The notes under the pieces: model-generated
Databases searched by the model: none
What the model was told of the DNA's origin: nothing
The model's input: the letters and a program-made list of their open reading frames with translations, nothing else
Made by a program: the position numbers and the translations under genes
Part shown: positions 17,967-27,078 of the stretch, piece after piece
Layout: each line of letters opens with the position of its first letter
Numbering within the stretch: position 1 is the stretch's first letter
Origin: Candidatus Doudnabacteria bacterium
GTDB taxonomy: Bacteria > Patescibacteriota > Doudnabacteria > UBA920
Direction: 5' to 3'
NCBI GenBank assembly: GCA_016218585.1
Contig: JACRDK010000010.1
Location: forward strand, 68,974-132,973
DNA length: 64,000 nucleotides

Positions 17967-18041
17967 TGGTGCTTCCAGCAGGAATCGAACCTGCATCCCA
18001 GCCTTCGGAGGGCTATACTCTATCCATTGAGCTATAGAAGC
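17967..18041 (-). tRNA. tRNA-Arg (anticodon CCG)
   Basis: 75-nt cloverleaf gcttcta..ctCCGaa..gcagg ttcgatt cctgc tggaagc a cca, with the CCA encoded. Confidence 0.8.
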
Positions 18042-18051
18042 TTAATTATAT

Positions 18052-18090
18052 GGCATGGCGGGCAGGTCTAATCCACTGAGCTACGAAGCC
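18052..18090 (-). pseudogene. tRNA 5'-half remnant (acceptor + D-arm + start of anticodon stem)
   Basis: ggcttcg ta gctc agtggatta gacc tgcccgcc. No 3' half follows it. Confidence 0.4.
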
Positions 18091-18114
18091 TCTAATTTGT
18101 TTTATAATCTATAT

Positions 18115-18168
18115 CTCAGTCCGCCTCCGGCGGAAGAGCCGCGCTCTATCCATTGAACTATAAGGACC
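18115..18168 (-). pseudogene. tRNA 5'-half remnant followed by a GC hairpin
   Basis: ggtcctt ata gttc aatggata gagc has a D-arm near-identical to tRNA-Arg. It is followed by the hairpin tccgcc-ggag-ggcgga and lacks a T-arm. Confidence 0.35.
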
Positions 18169-18177
18169 AATAATGGA

Positions 18178-18651
18178 TTAGAACTTTAGTTTGTGCATTA
18201 GCCTTTGTATAGGAGTTTCGTCCGTTTCGTGGTGTTCGGGTAAATATTTTAGCAAGAGGTTTCTAACCTGATCGCCATCTTGATTTTCCAATTCCAATAT
18301 TACGGTATTATTAATAAGCGCTGTTGTATGGAAATTTACGGTTCTGTGGCGGTCATTGTTCACAACCCAAAAATACTTCATTTGTTTGTAAGGGAAAAAC
18401 AAGTTATCAAACTTTACCCCCTTGTCATTAAGTTCAATGTTAACAATCTTTGGGGTTTGCAGGGAAAAGAATATTACCAAAACGGCAATTATTCCAAGAG
18501 TTATAGCGGCAAAAATGTCGCTTTCCACAATTATAAAAAAAGCAATGACTAATATGGCAACAGAAATTAAGGTTACGTACCAGCCGGCGCTTTTTGGATA
18601 ATGCCGGAATTCGGCAGCCGTCCAGGAAATTGTTTGATTTTTGTCTGACAT
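18178..18651 (-). CDS. Hypothetical membrane protein (2 TM helices plus PH-like C-terminal region)
   Basis: Hydrophobic helices VTLISVAILVIAFFIIV and ITLGIIAVLVIFF. Confidence 0.45.
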   Translation of the reverse strand: MSDKNQTISWTAAEFRHYPKSAGWYVTLISVAILVIAFFIIVESDIFAAITLGIIAVLVIFFSLQTPKIVNIELNDKGVKFDNLFFPYKQMKYFWVVNNDRHRTVNFHTTALINNTVILELENQDGDQVRNLLLKYLPEHHETDETPIQRLMHKLKF

Positions 18652-18674
18652 AGTATTAATTAGTTGGTTTTATT

Positions 18675-19193
18675 TTAAATTTTATAAAAATATTTGGTTA
18701 ATTTTGGCAGGTCTTCCTTGGCTTTGTCACCTTGAGCGATTTTCTCAAAAAGTGCTTTTGGCGATAGCCAGAAATATTCAGTAAAGTCATCTTTGTTATA
18801 ATTTGGGGCTTCCTCCATTTTAATTTGATATACCTTCATAAATGCAGAGACTTTATTTTCTTTGGGTGTTAGATGTCCTAATAAAAGTAGTTGGATTTTA
18901 TCAGTATCAATATTTAATTCTTCCCATGTTTCCCGTTTAAGGGCTTGTTCGTAGGTTTCCCCGCTTTTTACATGACCACCCATACTCATATCTAAACAAA
19001 GTGGAAAAATTTTTTTGTTTGAAGCTCTTCTTGGAATCCAAATTTCACCTTTTGAATTCACAACAAACGCATTTACAACTCTAAAATTTGACAGGTTTTG
19101 CGCATATATTTCTGATCTTTTTTTCTTGCCAATAACATTGTCATCCACGTCTACCAAATCAAGATATTCATCTGTTTCGTAAATTGCATTCAT
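18675..19193 (-). CDS. NUDIX hydrolase
   Basis: Nudix box GGHVKSGETYEQALKRETWEELNI. Confidence 0.75.
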   Translation of the reverse strand: MNAIYETDEYLDLVDVDDNVIGKKKRSEIYAQNLSNFRVVNAFVVNSKGEIWIPRRASNKKIFPLCLDMSMGGHVKSGETYEQALKRETWEELNIDTDKIQLLLLGHLTPKENKVSAFMKVYQIKMEEAPNYNKDDFTEYFWLSPKALFEKIAQGDKAKEDLPKLTKYFYKI

Positions 19194-19240
19194 AAGACTT
19201 AAATTTTATAGGAAAAACGGCTATTTCCTTAACAAAATTT

Positions 19241-19331
<91 letters not shown>

Positions 19332-19384
19332 AAAAAATAAGTGGTTTTGCCGGTTTATTATACCATTATATTAAGAAAAAAACA

Positions 19385-19425
19385 AAAACGACGCCTGCTC
19401 TAGAAAGGCGTCGTTTTTATATTTT
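19385..19425. terminator. Bidirectional rho-independent terminator
   Basis: An A-run, the stem cgacgcc/ggcgtcg, and a T-run. It lies downstream of the sigma/anti-sigma operon on the minus strand. Confidence 0.6.
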
Positions 19426-19608
19426 ACCCGCATTCTCTTTTTGGGAGAATTGTGGATGTTTGTTTCAAAGCTTCCATACTCTGTCGTCCTGAAGTGGAAG
19501 AAAGAAGAAATTGTGTTGAGTTGTGGATCCCGGTTCAAGTCTGCCTACCGGTAGGCAGGCCCAGGATGACACATGCAATCTTCTTTTCCGCCTCTTCAGA
19601 GCAACAGC

Positions 19609-20787
19609 TTAGCGGGTGTATTGTGGAAGTGGGTCTTCAAAAATAAATGAACCAGTGGCTTTGCTTGGATCGGTAGAAGTGCTGGAAGGCTTTTGTTCAT
19701 CAACAGTCGCTGTAGAAGTAGAGGCATTTTTGCCGACAGTTGTTGTTGAAGTTATGGTGGTGCTGGCAGATTTTACTTCAGGTTCATTTGCCTCATCTTT
19801 ATTTATAATAATTTCTTTGGCTACCAACTTGGTTTCGCTCTTTATTCCGCTAACGCTTACATTCATGGCGGTTAGGAGCTGGCTGGCCGGCAGAACTTTT
19901 CCTTCAGAATCTTTAACTATAGTTTTATCGGATAATTCAAAAGTTGTTTTATCTATGGTTATTTTGTCCTTGGAAATATTGTTTATAAGGCCGGAGACAG
20001 ATACGCTGTTGGGGTCTTGCGCAAGGGCAGCCAGAGTTTGTTCGTTGGCAGCCACGGCAATGGATTCTTTAATCTCAGAAATTTTTGCGGTGCTTTGGTT
20101 AAGCGCGGTTAATGCGCCGCTGGCGGCCTCTTGAATTTCGCTGTTGGGCTTAATGGCGCTAATTAAGTTTTGCTGTTTTTTAGTTAAGTCTTCCAGGGAA
20201 GCTATTAATGGATGGTTGCTTTGGGCTTTTGGCGATGTTTGGGTTACCGTGTTTACTACGGCAATAGCGGTGGAAGTTTGGTTGGCTAATTCGCTAAGGG
20301 CTGCTTTTTCCTGCTCAATATTGCTGGTCGGATCTTGAAATATTTTTTGCGCTTCGTCCAAGCGTTTTTTGGTAATTTCAATTTGCAGGTTAGCTTTTTC
20401 ATCCTGGCTATATGTTAAAACCAATTGAACTTGTTCCGCAGACTTTTTTACGGCAAACAAGGTTTGTCCGGGGCCGCTGTTGTAAGCCGCGTAGCCGGTT
20501 ACGGCTAAGGTGCTAACAAGCAGCATTACGCTCATGCTGACAGTGGCAAGTTTGGAAATATGAATCCAGGCAAACCAAAGTTTCTTTTCCGGAGTTAAAA
20601 TGTATTTCCTTTGCATTAGGGGAGTGGGGACCGGGTTTTTTGGCAGGTTCATTAAGCTGGCGCTTAAATCGAGCAGGGAAGAGAGTTCGTCTTTTTCTTT
20701 CGGCATATCCAAAAGCGCCTGCTCTTTACTAACTCCGTTTTTGAGCAGTTCTATGGCGTTATTGAATTTGTCTTCTAATTTATTCAT
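19609..20787 (-). CDS. Putative anti-sigma factor (N-terminal cytoplasmic domain, one TM, extracytoplasmic domain)
   Basis: Overlaps the stop of the ECF sigma gene. A TM helix sits near aa 75-100. Confidence 0.5.
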   Translation of the reverse strand: MNKLEDKFNNAIELLKNGVSKEQALLDMPKEKDELSSLLDLSASLMNLPKNPVPTPLMQRKYILTPEKKLWFAWIHISKLATVSMSVMLLVSTLAVTGYAAYNSGPGQTLFAVKKSAEQVQLVLTYSQDEKANLQIEITKKRLDEAQKIFQDPTSNIEQEKAALSELANQTSTAIAVVNTVTQTSPKAQSNHPLIASLEDLTKKQQNLISAIKPNSEIQEAASGALTALNQSTAKISEIKESIAVAANEQTLAALAQDPNSVSVSGLINNISKDKITIDKTTFELSDKTIVKDSEGKVLPASQLLTAMNVSVSGIKSETKLVAKEIIINKDEANEPEVKSASTTITSTTTVGKNASTSTATVDEQKPSSTSTDPSKATGSFIFEDPLPQYTR

Positions 20788-21373
20788 TTTTCCCTTGTTG
20801 CTTAATTAATTCTTGCAATCTGGCTAAAGCCCGATGTTGAATTACCCTAATTGCTCCTTCATTTTTGTGCAGGAGTTCGGCTATTTCCCCGTTGCTTAAA
20901 TCTTCAAAGAATTTTAATTTAATTACTACCTGCTGTTCCGCGCCTAATTCTTTCATCAAGTTAAGCAAAACTTTTTGTTGTTGGCTTAAATTTACCGTAT
21001 CAATTATGTTCGATTCATATTCCAAAATATTTTCCACGTCTTCCAGGGCAACTGTTTGCTTTTTTTGGCGATAGTAATCTATTACTAAGTTGCGGGCAAT
21101 TTGGTAAAGCCAAGCTTTAAAAGAACTGTGTCCGCTAAGCGACCCTAGCTTGGAAAAAGCTTTAATAAAAACTTCTTCGGTTAAGTCCTCGGCGGTTTCT
21201 TTATGGCTTACGCGATAAAAAATAAACCGGTATATGCTTTTAAAATACAGCTCGTAAATTTCGGCCAAAGCCGCTTCTTCTCCTTTTCTTGCTTTTTCAA
21301 GCAGGGAAGAGCTTACTTCGTTCATACTTTCGGAATTTAGGGAGCTAATGTTATAGACGGAATTGATGTCCAT
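20780..21373 (-). CDS. ECF-type RNA polymerase sigma-70 family factor
   Basis: Region 2 (YELYFKSIYRFIFYRV...AEDLTEEVFIKAF) and region 4 (LSNGEIAELLHKNEGAIRVIQHRALARL). Confidence 0.85.
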   Translation of the reverse strand: MDINSVYNISSLNSESMNEVSSSLLEKARKGEEAALAEIYELYFKSIYRFIFYRVSHKETAEDLTEEVFIKAFSKLGSLSGHSSFKAWLYQIARNLVIDYYRQKKQTVALEDVENILEYESNIIDTVNLSQQQKVLLNLMKELGAEQQVVIKLKFFEDLSNGEIAELLHKNEGAIRVIQHRALARLQELIKQQGKNE

Positions 21374-21635
21374 TTGTTACAAGGTTAGGGAATATTTTGG
21401 CTGTTTTGGCAAAATATAGGACTTACGCATTTGGCCAAGAACGAGGCATTTTCCCAAGAGATTTGGAGACGTAGTATGCCTACGGCGAGAAATACCGAGG
21501 GAAAATAACGAAGTTATTGGCCAAAAGCCGTGCCGTTAATTTGGCTAAAAGAGCGGCGGTGTGTAAGTCCTATTTGGCCCAATTTAAAACACCCAAAACA
21601 TTTTGAATGTCTGTATTTTAACACATTTTGATGAT

Positions 21636-22622
21636 TTATAGGGTGGTTATAGGGCGGCTTTGGGTAATATAGAATTGGCCTTTTTGGTAGGCCCATTCAA
21701 TATCCTGGGGGTGTTTGTAGTGCTTTTCTATGTTTTTGCAGATTTTTGCCAGTTCAACTATTTGCTTTCCGGTAAGTTTTTGTTTGCCGCCGGCAGCTTT
21801 AGAAAGTTTTTTGTTAATGTTTTTTCCGCTCGCGGTTTTAACTATGGCAAAAGACTGTTCGGAAACGTTAATGTCCAAAATAGAAAAGTCATTCTTATGA
21901 ATAATATAGGTATCCGGGGTAATCATGCCGCCGACAATGGCTTCGCCCAGACCAAGGCCGGCTTCAATTACCATTTGGCCATAATCTTTGGTTACCGGGT
22001 GCACGGTAAAGCTAATGCCGGAAATTTCGCTTTGCACCATTTTTTGCACAACTACAGCCACTGAAACTTTATTCTTATGTAATTTTTTCTCAAACCGGTA
22101 AAAAATTGCCCTGGGAGTGAATAGGGAAGACCAGCATTTTTTTACGCTGGTTAGAATATTTTTTTCCGTGACGTTAAGATAGGTTTCCAGTTCTCCGGCC
22201 CAGGAGGCGGTTTTACTGTCTTCGGCCGTGGCGGAAGAACGCACAGCAAAGAATTGGTCGGTGTGTCCTCCTCGCCCCTTGCGGGAGAGGGTGGGGTGAG
22301 GGGTTGTAAGCAATGTTAAAGACTCCATTATCTCACTTTGAATATCAACAGGAATTTTCTCGTCCAAAATAATCCTTCTAATTTCAGCGCTGGCTTTATC
22401 CACCGAGTTAACGTCTTTATGGTTAACTTTTTTTAATATTGCCTCAATGTCTGCCGCAATATTTGTCTCTTCTAAAAATCTTTCAAAAGCCCCGGCCAAA
22501 ACCACAAAACCCGGCGGAACAGGCATTCCCGCGCGCGTAATTTCGCCCAAAGAAGCCCCCTTGCCCCCGGCAATCGAAACATCTTTTTTTGAAAGTTGTT
22601 TGAAATTTTTAGTTAAATTCAT
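21636..22622 (-). CDS. PEP-synthase/pyruvate-phosphate-dikinase N-terminal ATP-binding (PEP/pyruvate-binding family) domain protein, stand-alone
   Basis: SIAGGKGASLGE and VRSSATAEDSKTASWAGELETY are signature motifs of the PPDK_N / rifampin-phosphotransferase ATP-grasp-like domain. There is no His or TIM-barrel domain. Confidence 0.75.
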   Translation of the reverse strand: MNLTKNFKQLSKKDVSIAGGKGASLGEITRAGMPVPPGFVVLAGAFERFLEETNIAADIEAILKKVNHKDVNSVDKASAEIRRIILDEKIPVDIQSEIMESLTLLTTPHPTLSRKGRGGHTDQFFAVRSSATAEDSKTASWAGELETYLNVTEKNILTSVKKCWSSLFTPRAIFYRFEKKLHKNKVSVAVVVQKMVQSEISGISFTVHPVTKDYGQMVIEAGLGLGEAIVGGMITPDTYIIHKNDFSILDINVSEQSFAIVKTASGKNINKKLSKAAGGKQKLTGKQIVELAKICKNIEKHYKHPQDIEWAYQKGQFYITQSRPITTL

Positions 22623-22707
22623 AAGGATTTAATATATTGACAAAATTATAATTTTATGGTATCATATTTAGTTCTTGTGTGCAAATTTTGGAAGGAGGAA
22701 TGGCAAG

Positions 22708-23274
22708 ATGAAAAACATCTATGTCGTTACCCATGGAAAAAAATTCCCGGGTGCAAACCCGGGGATGACCGAAGAAGGATTTGCGGAAGTCGCACAACTC
22801 CGCAACCTTCTTCCGGCTAAGGTTCGCGATGTCGTCTGTGGTACAGGCAAGCGCCACCTGGACACGGTCAAGGCTCTTGGCCTTAAACCAACGCGCTACA
22901 CCAGCGCGGTTGGTGGCCCGGACTCCGGCGAAGCCACCGTCAAAGGTGGGCCGGTAGACGTGGTGCGGTTGCCGTGCGGAACATTGGTTCCGTATTACAG
23001 ATACACGACTCTTGTCGATGGCCAGGACGGGATGAAGTCGGTCATTGCACAGCTGCGAAACAACAGCGTGGTCTGTGCCGGCCGTCCCAGCATGATCATG
23101 CTGGGCATGATGGAGGAGGACTCTAAGTCCGCTGCAGTATATAAGGTATCGGTGGCCATGGTCGTCGTATGCGTGAAGGTTGGCGACGAGCCCACGCTCC
23201 GCATAAGAATCGGGAGGGTGCTTAACATTCAGGAAGTCAAAGCGGTCGGCACCTCGGAGATTCACACGGTCTAA
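22708..23274 (+). CDS. Histidine-phosphatase superfamily (PGM/SixA-like) protein with RHG changed to THG; GC-rich foreign gene
   Basis: IYVVTHGKKF...EEGFAEVAQL...DVVCGTGKRHLDTV fits the histidine phosphatase branch-1 layout. There is a strong AGGAGG RBS. Local GC is about 58% against about 38% for the genome. Confidence 0.45.
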   Translation: MKNIYVVTHGKKFPGANPGMTEEGFAEVAQLRNLLPAKVRDVVCGTGKRHLDTVKALGLKPTRYTSAVGGPDSGEATVKGGPVDVVRLPCGTLVPYYRYTTLVDGQDGMKSVIAQLRNNSVVCAGRPSMIMLGMMEEDSKSAAVYKVSVAMVVVCVKVGDEPTLRIRIGRVLNIQEVKAVGTSEIHTV

Positions 23275-23360
23275 GCCCGCCAAATCGGCGACTACGTCCA
23301 AGCATTGATGCCCCGGCACTCCAAAAGAGTGTGCGGGGCATCTTTATATCTTTCTAACAG

Positions 23361-23426
23361 TTCCTTTATTTGCATCTACCCCAGTAGAATATGCTTCGTA
23401 TCTCTACGGGGCAAGCTTCAACCACA
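23361..23426. repeat. Conserved ~66-nt 3'-flank element, copy 1 (second copy at 25717..25782)
   Basis: Near-identical to 25717..25782. Contains the stem-loop ccccagtaga...tctacgggg. Confidence 0.7.
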
Positions 23427-24812
23427 TTATTTTCGTTTTATAAGTTTAACTATTCCCGTGTTAGCGTTAACCTCGACAATATCACCATCTTTAAAGACTT
23501 TGGTGGCGATTTTGGTACCAATAATACAGGGTTTTTTCATTTCTCTGGCAACTATTGCCGCGTGGCAGGTGAGCCCGCCTTCGTCCGTGATTATGGCTTT
23601 GGCAATTCTCATAATTGGCATAAATTCCGGATGGGTCATTGCCGTAATTAAAATGTCACCTTTTTTAAATTTTTGAAACTCGTCTTTGTGATAAATAATT
23701 TTTGCGGTTCCGGTTACAACACCTTTAAATCCAATAGTACCTGAGACAAGTTCGTTATTGTGACTTCTTGCTGTCTGTTCAGCAAGTTTTATACTTTCTT
23801 TTGCCCCCGAATGTATTTTGAATTTACCATTTTTTAACTCTAAGGCATAGCCATTCATTCTTGAGTGGGCCAAGTTTTTTAGCTGGGGTGGAAGATGCCT
23901 TAATCCCGATTTAATTTCTTCAGGCAATAAGTAATTCACTTCTTTTAAGTCCAGGTTCAAACGTTTACCCACCTCAATAAAAAACGATTGCAATATTAAA
24001 TAACAGGGTCTCCGGTAGTCGTCACGCATTTCTTTAAGGTAAGAAAAAACATGGGCAATTTTCATTAGTCGTTTTAATTTAGAATCCCGGGTATCTTTTA
24101 TAATTTTTTTGTAGTTATTTAAACCTGTTTTTTTGTGAAAGTTGTACTCGTAAATTTCTTTTTGTGCTTTTATTGGTGAGATAACTTGTTTTTTTAACGA
24201 GCTTACGTCAAGCGGTTTGTCTATAAAATCATAAATAGGAAGCCAACTGTATTTATAAGCATATTTTTGCAAAGCTTCATTTGTTGGGTTTCCTTTTAAA
24301 CACAGTTTTAAAAACTCCAACCTGGCTAAATTAACTTTAGTTTCTTTATATGGAGTAGAAATGGCTTCTAGCGTTTCTTTGTTTTTAATTTTACTCTCAA
24401 CTTCTTGTATTGGTCCTTCAAGAGCAATAAATGACAACAATTGCCACTCGCCAAATCTTCTTAATCGTTTGTCCAGAAGGCCTACGTCCGCTATTAATTC
24501 GCGGGCGCTTTTAACGGAAAAATTTTGCATTGAAAACTTTTTACAGAAGTTCAGCTCTTGAATAAATACATTTTCATAAGCCTTGGCAAAAATTTGAATG
24601 TCTTGCTTTAGCAAGAAGCTCTGAAATTTTTTAATTACCGCTTGCAGTTCTTTTTCGTCAAAAAAATAGCCGTTTAAATTGCCTTTTGGTACAAAAAGTT
24701 TATTTTTGCAGGCAGCCCATTTGGGGTCCGATTTTAGGAAGGTCAAAAAATAAGATGTTGCAATAAAAGGGGAGTATTTTCTAGCCCAAATTTCCTGCCA
24801 TTTAGTGCTCAT
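23427..24812 (-). CDS. PEP-utilising-enzyme mobile (phosphohistidine swivel) domain protein with a divergent N-terminal domain, paralog A
   Basis: C-terminus GDILITAMTHPEFMP...TDEGGLTCHAAIVAREMKKPCIIGTKIATKVFKDGD (the conserved His lies in TCHAAIV). Confidence 0.75.
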   Translation of the reverse strand: MSTKWQEIWARKYSPFIATSYFLTFLKSDPKWAACKNKLFVPKGNLNGYFFDEKELQAVIKKFQSFLLKQDIQIFAKAYENVFIQELNFCKKFSMQNFSVKSARELIADVGLLDKRLRRFGEWQLLSFIALEGPIQEVESKIKNKETLEAISTPYKETKVNLARLEFLKLCLKGNPTNEALQKYAYKYSWLPIYDFIDKPLDVSSLKKQVISPIKAQKEIYEYNFHKKTGLNNYKKIIKDTRDSKLKRLMKIAHVFSYLKEMRDDYRRPCYLILQSFFIEVGKRLNLDLKEVNYLLPEEIKSGLRHLPPQLKNLAHSRMNGYALELKNGKFKIHSGAKESIKLAEQTARSHNNELVSGTIGFKGVVTGTAKIIYHKDEFQKFKKGDILITAMTHPEFMPIMRIAKAIITDEGGLTCHAAIVAREMKKPCIIGTKIATKVFKDGDIVEVNANTGIVKLIKRK

Positions 24813-24813
24813 T

Positions 24814-25683
24814 TTAGATCCCCTCGCTAATTAATTTGTTTAGTATTTCTTCATTGATTACAATATCCCATTGTTTACCGCCGGTTTTAGCGTGAATTAT
24901 CGCAGACTGTTTTTGACCTTCATTTGTAATCTCAACCTGGAAACCTTGAAGCTCGGCAACGCCTGAGCCACCCACTTCTTTTAAATATTGATCTCTAGTT
25001 TCTGGGCCTTGGGTATCCTCTAAAAGTTTGGCAATAAAACTTTCTCCCACTGTTTGGTGGGTGCCGAAATAGCGCTCTAATTGATTATTGTAGTCTTGGT
25101 ATTTTTCTGGGCTTCTTTCAACTATTTTTTCAAAACTGTTTCCTACTTTCAAGTATTTTTTTAAAATTTTAGCTATGTTGGCTGCGATGCGTGAATAGCT
25201 AAAAGCTTCGGGGTCTTGCAGCTGTTCGGCAAGGCTGTCGCTTTCGTTAACCATAAAATCCATGATTCTTCCGGCCTTAAATGCTGCTAGGTGCTTTTGT
25301 CCAAATTCTGATTGGCGGTCTTGTTGAAAATCAAGCCTAGGATCGCTAATTATTTTTTTTCCATTTTTTATTTCGCTCTCAATAAAAGTCTCTATATCTT
25401 CAAGGCTGGCATTGCTTGGTATTTTTTCGGAGGACGCAAGCAAAACCCTACCAGCTGTTTCCTGGGCTCGCTGGCGGGGACTGCCAAAGGCAATTGATAC
25501 TTCTGGCTGCGGGTTTATTTCATTGCTTCTGTTTGTTGCCATATCTCTACCTTTTTCAGTAAGGCGAATTTCGTTTTCGGGTTTATCAACTTTTTCTTTT
25601 TCGCCGTGCCTAAAGAATTCCAATATGACTTTGGTTTTTGCAACTTCTTTTGGTTCAATATCTTGCCTAGATTTTTCGAACAT
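24814..25683 (-). CDS. Histidine phosphatase superfamily protein (RHG motif)
   Basis: LEFFRHGEKE is the catalytic RHGE signature. A C-terminal GTHQTVGESFI His motif is present. Separated from paralog A by 1 nt. Confidence 0.6.
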   Translation of the reverse strand: MFEKSRQDIEPKEVAKTKVILEFFRHGEKEKVDKPENEIRLTEKGRDMATNRSNEINPQPEVSIAFGSPRQRAQETAGRVLLASSEKIPSNASLEDIETFIESEIKNGKKIISDPRLDFQQDRQSEFGQKHLAAFKAGRIMDFMVNESDSLAEQLQDPEAFSYSRIAANIAKILKKYLKVGNSFEKIVERSPEKYQDYNNQLERYFGTHQTVGESFIAKLLEDTQGPETRDQYLKEVGGSGVAELQGFQVEITNEGQKQSAIIHAKTGGKQWDIVINEEILNKLISEGI

Positions 25684-25782
25684 ATTTTTTATTTAAGTTA
25701 TTTAATTTTTTAATGATTCCTTTATTAGCATCTACCCCAGTAGAATATGCTTCGTATCTCTACGGGGCAAGCTTCAATCACA

Positions 25783-27075
25783 TTACTTTCGTTTTATAAG
25801 TTTTACTATTCCCGTGTTAGCGTTCACTTCAACTAAATCACCGTCTTTGAAGACTTTAGTCGCGATTTTAGTGCCAATGATGCAGGGTTTTTTCATTTCC
25901 CTGGCAACTATTGCCGCGTGGCAGGTGAGCCCGCCTTCGTCGGTAACAAATCCGGCTGCCAATTTCATTGCCGGTAAAAAGTTTGGAGATGTCATATAGG
26001 TAATCAAAATGTCTCCTTTTTTAATTTTGCTCAATTCTTTTACGGTCATTAAAATTTTCGCTTTGCCCGTAATTATGCCGTTTTGAGCAACCCTCCCTTT
26101 TATTTCATTTATTTTTGAGTTATCCTTTTCTAAAAATATCGGCTCATTTAAATAATAGAATTTCTCATTTATGGAAACGCAGGAAAATTCCGGAGGATAA
26201 TATTTTGGCTTTCCCTTTATTAAGCTAGATAGCGTATAATATTTTAAATCTTGATAGGGGATGCCAAATTTTTTTGCAGGAATTTGCAGTAGCGGTTTAG
26301 CCAAGTTCATTATTTCATAATAAACATCCATCCTAAGCATTCTTAAATACACCAGTTCTCTGGCCTCTTTTATTATTTTTTCAAGTGGCTCGGGGATGGC
26401 TGGGTGTTTGTGTTTCTCTTGGGCCAGCGCATGCTTTGCAATATCAATTAGTTCAGAAGCTGAATAAGCCGGCGAAAAACCATCTCTTGCCCTCATCCAA
26501 CCGTATTTTTTTGCCAATACCCCCTTTGATATTCCTCTTTTATAATCCTCAATCATTTGTTCAAGAGAATTATGCTTAACCGGAAAAGAGGCGTCGCCAA
26601 TAAATTTTTCCAGGTCTCCTTTAACAATTTTTGAAACCCGGTTTTTTAAAAGTGGGGTAAAAAAATGTTCCGCTGTGTGAACAGCCCAAACGTAAGTTGT
26701 GATTTCCCTAAGAATGTTATCTAGAAATTTTAATTTATTAACGTTATCTTTAGAAGCGTTTTTCGCAAGCTCGGTAACTTTGGTTACCCATAATTTATGG
26801 GAAGTTTCCAGCCTCTCGGAAATTTCTTTTACTGAATGTGTTTTGAACCATTTCAAGACAATTGGTTTCGCTTTGGCATATGATTTATCAGATTTAAACC
26901 ATTCTCCATTGCTAAATAAAAAGTCGCATTGCCAGCCAGGCAAGCCGATTTTGTTAAAAGCTTTTTTGGTGTTACCGTCTTTGAAGGTGGACATAATAAA
27001 ACCAAAAAATGGGCGCTTTAACCAAGGCTCCCAGCGGTAGGACGAAGTTGCTTTTTTAATTTGTTCAGAAGTCAT
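25783..27075 (-). CDS. PEP-utilising-enzyme mobile domain protein, paralog C
   Basis: The C-terminal 40 aa are identical to paralog A. The N-terminal ~340 aa are unrelated in sequence. Confidence 0.75.
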   Translation of the reverse strand: MTSEQIKKATSSYRWEPWLKRPFFGFIMSTFKDGNTKKAFNKIGLPGWQCDFLFSNGEWFKSDKSYAKAKPIVLKWFKTHSVKEISERLETSHKLWVTKVTELAKNASKDNVNKLKFLDNILREITTYVWAVHTAEHFFTPLLKNRVSKIVKGDLEKFIGDASFPVKHNSLEQMIEDYKRGISKGVLAKKYGWMRARDGFSPAYSASELIDIAKHALAQEKHKHPAIPEPLEKIIKEARELVYLRMLRMDVYYEIMNLAKPLLQIPAKKFGIPYQDLKYYTLSSLIKGKPKYYPPEFSCVSINEKFYYLNEPIFLEKDNSKINEIKGRVAQNGIITGKAKILMTVKELSKIKKGDILITYMTSPNFLPAMKLAAGFVTDEGGLTCHAAIVAREMKKPCIIGTKIATKVFKDGDLVEVNANTGIVKLIKRK

Positions 27076-27078
27076 ATA

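Noticed and set aside
17840-17975. Possible tmRNA or SRP RNA in the GC-rich segment next to tRNA-Arg, with a T-loop-like GGTTCGATTCC and an ACCA end.
   Set aside because: No tmRNA 5' acceptor/tag-reading frame and no SRP domain IV motifs (AGG..CAGG..GGAAG..CAGC) could be found. The segment is better explained as a tRNA 3' half with a palindrome insertion.
17631-17996. 121-aa ORF upstream of recG extending across the tRNA-Arg region.
   Set aside because: Its N-terminal two thirds overlap a clear tRNA and GC-rich structured sequence. Only the C-terminal ~59 aa from an internal Met could be a real small membrane protein, and that is reported with low confidence.
19452-19646. ORF 19452..19646, and a T-arm-like GGTTCAAGTC at about 19530 suggesting another tRNA.
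   Set aside because: No acceptor or anticodon arms can be built. The T-loop-like string abuts the GC palindrome and is probably fortuitous. The ORF is intergenic junk.
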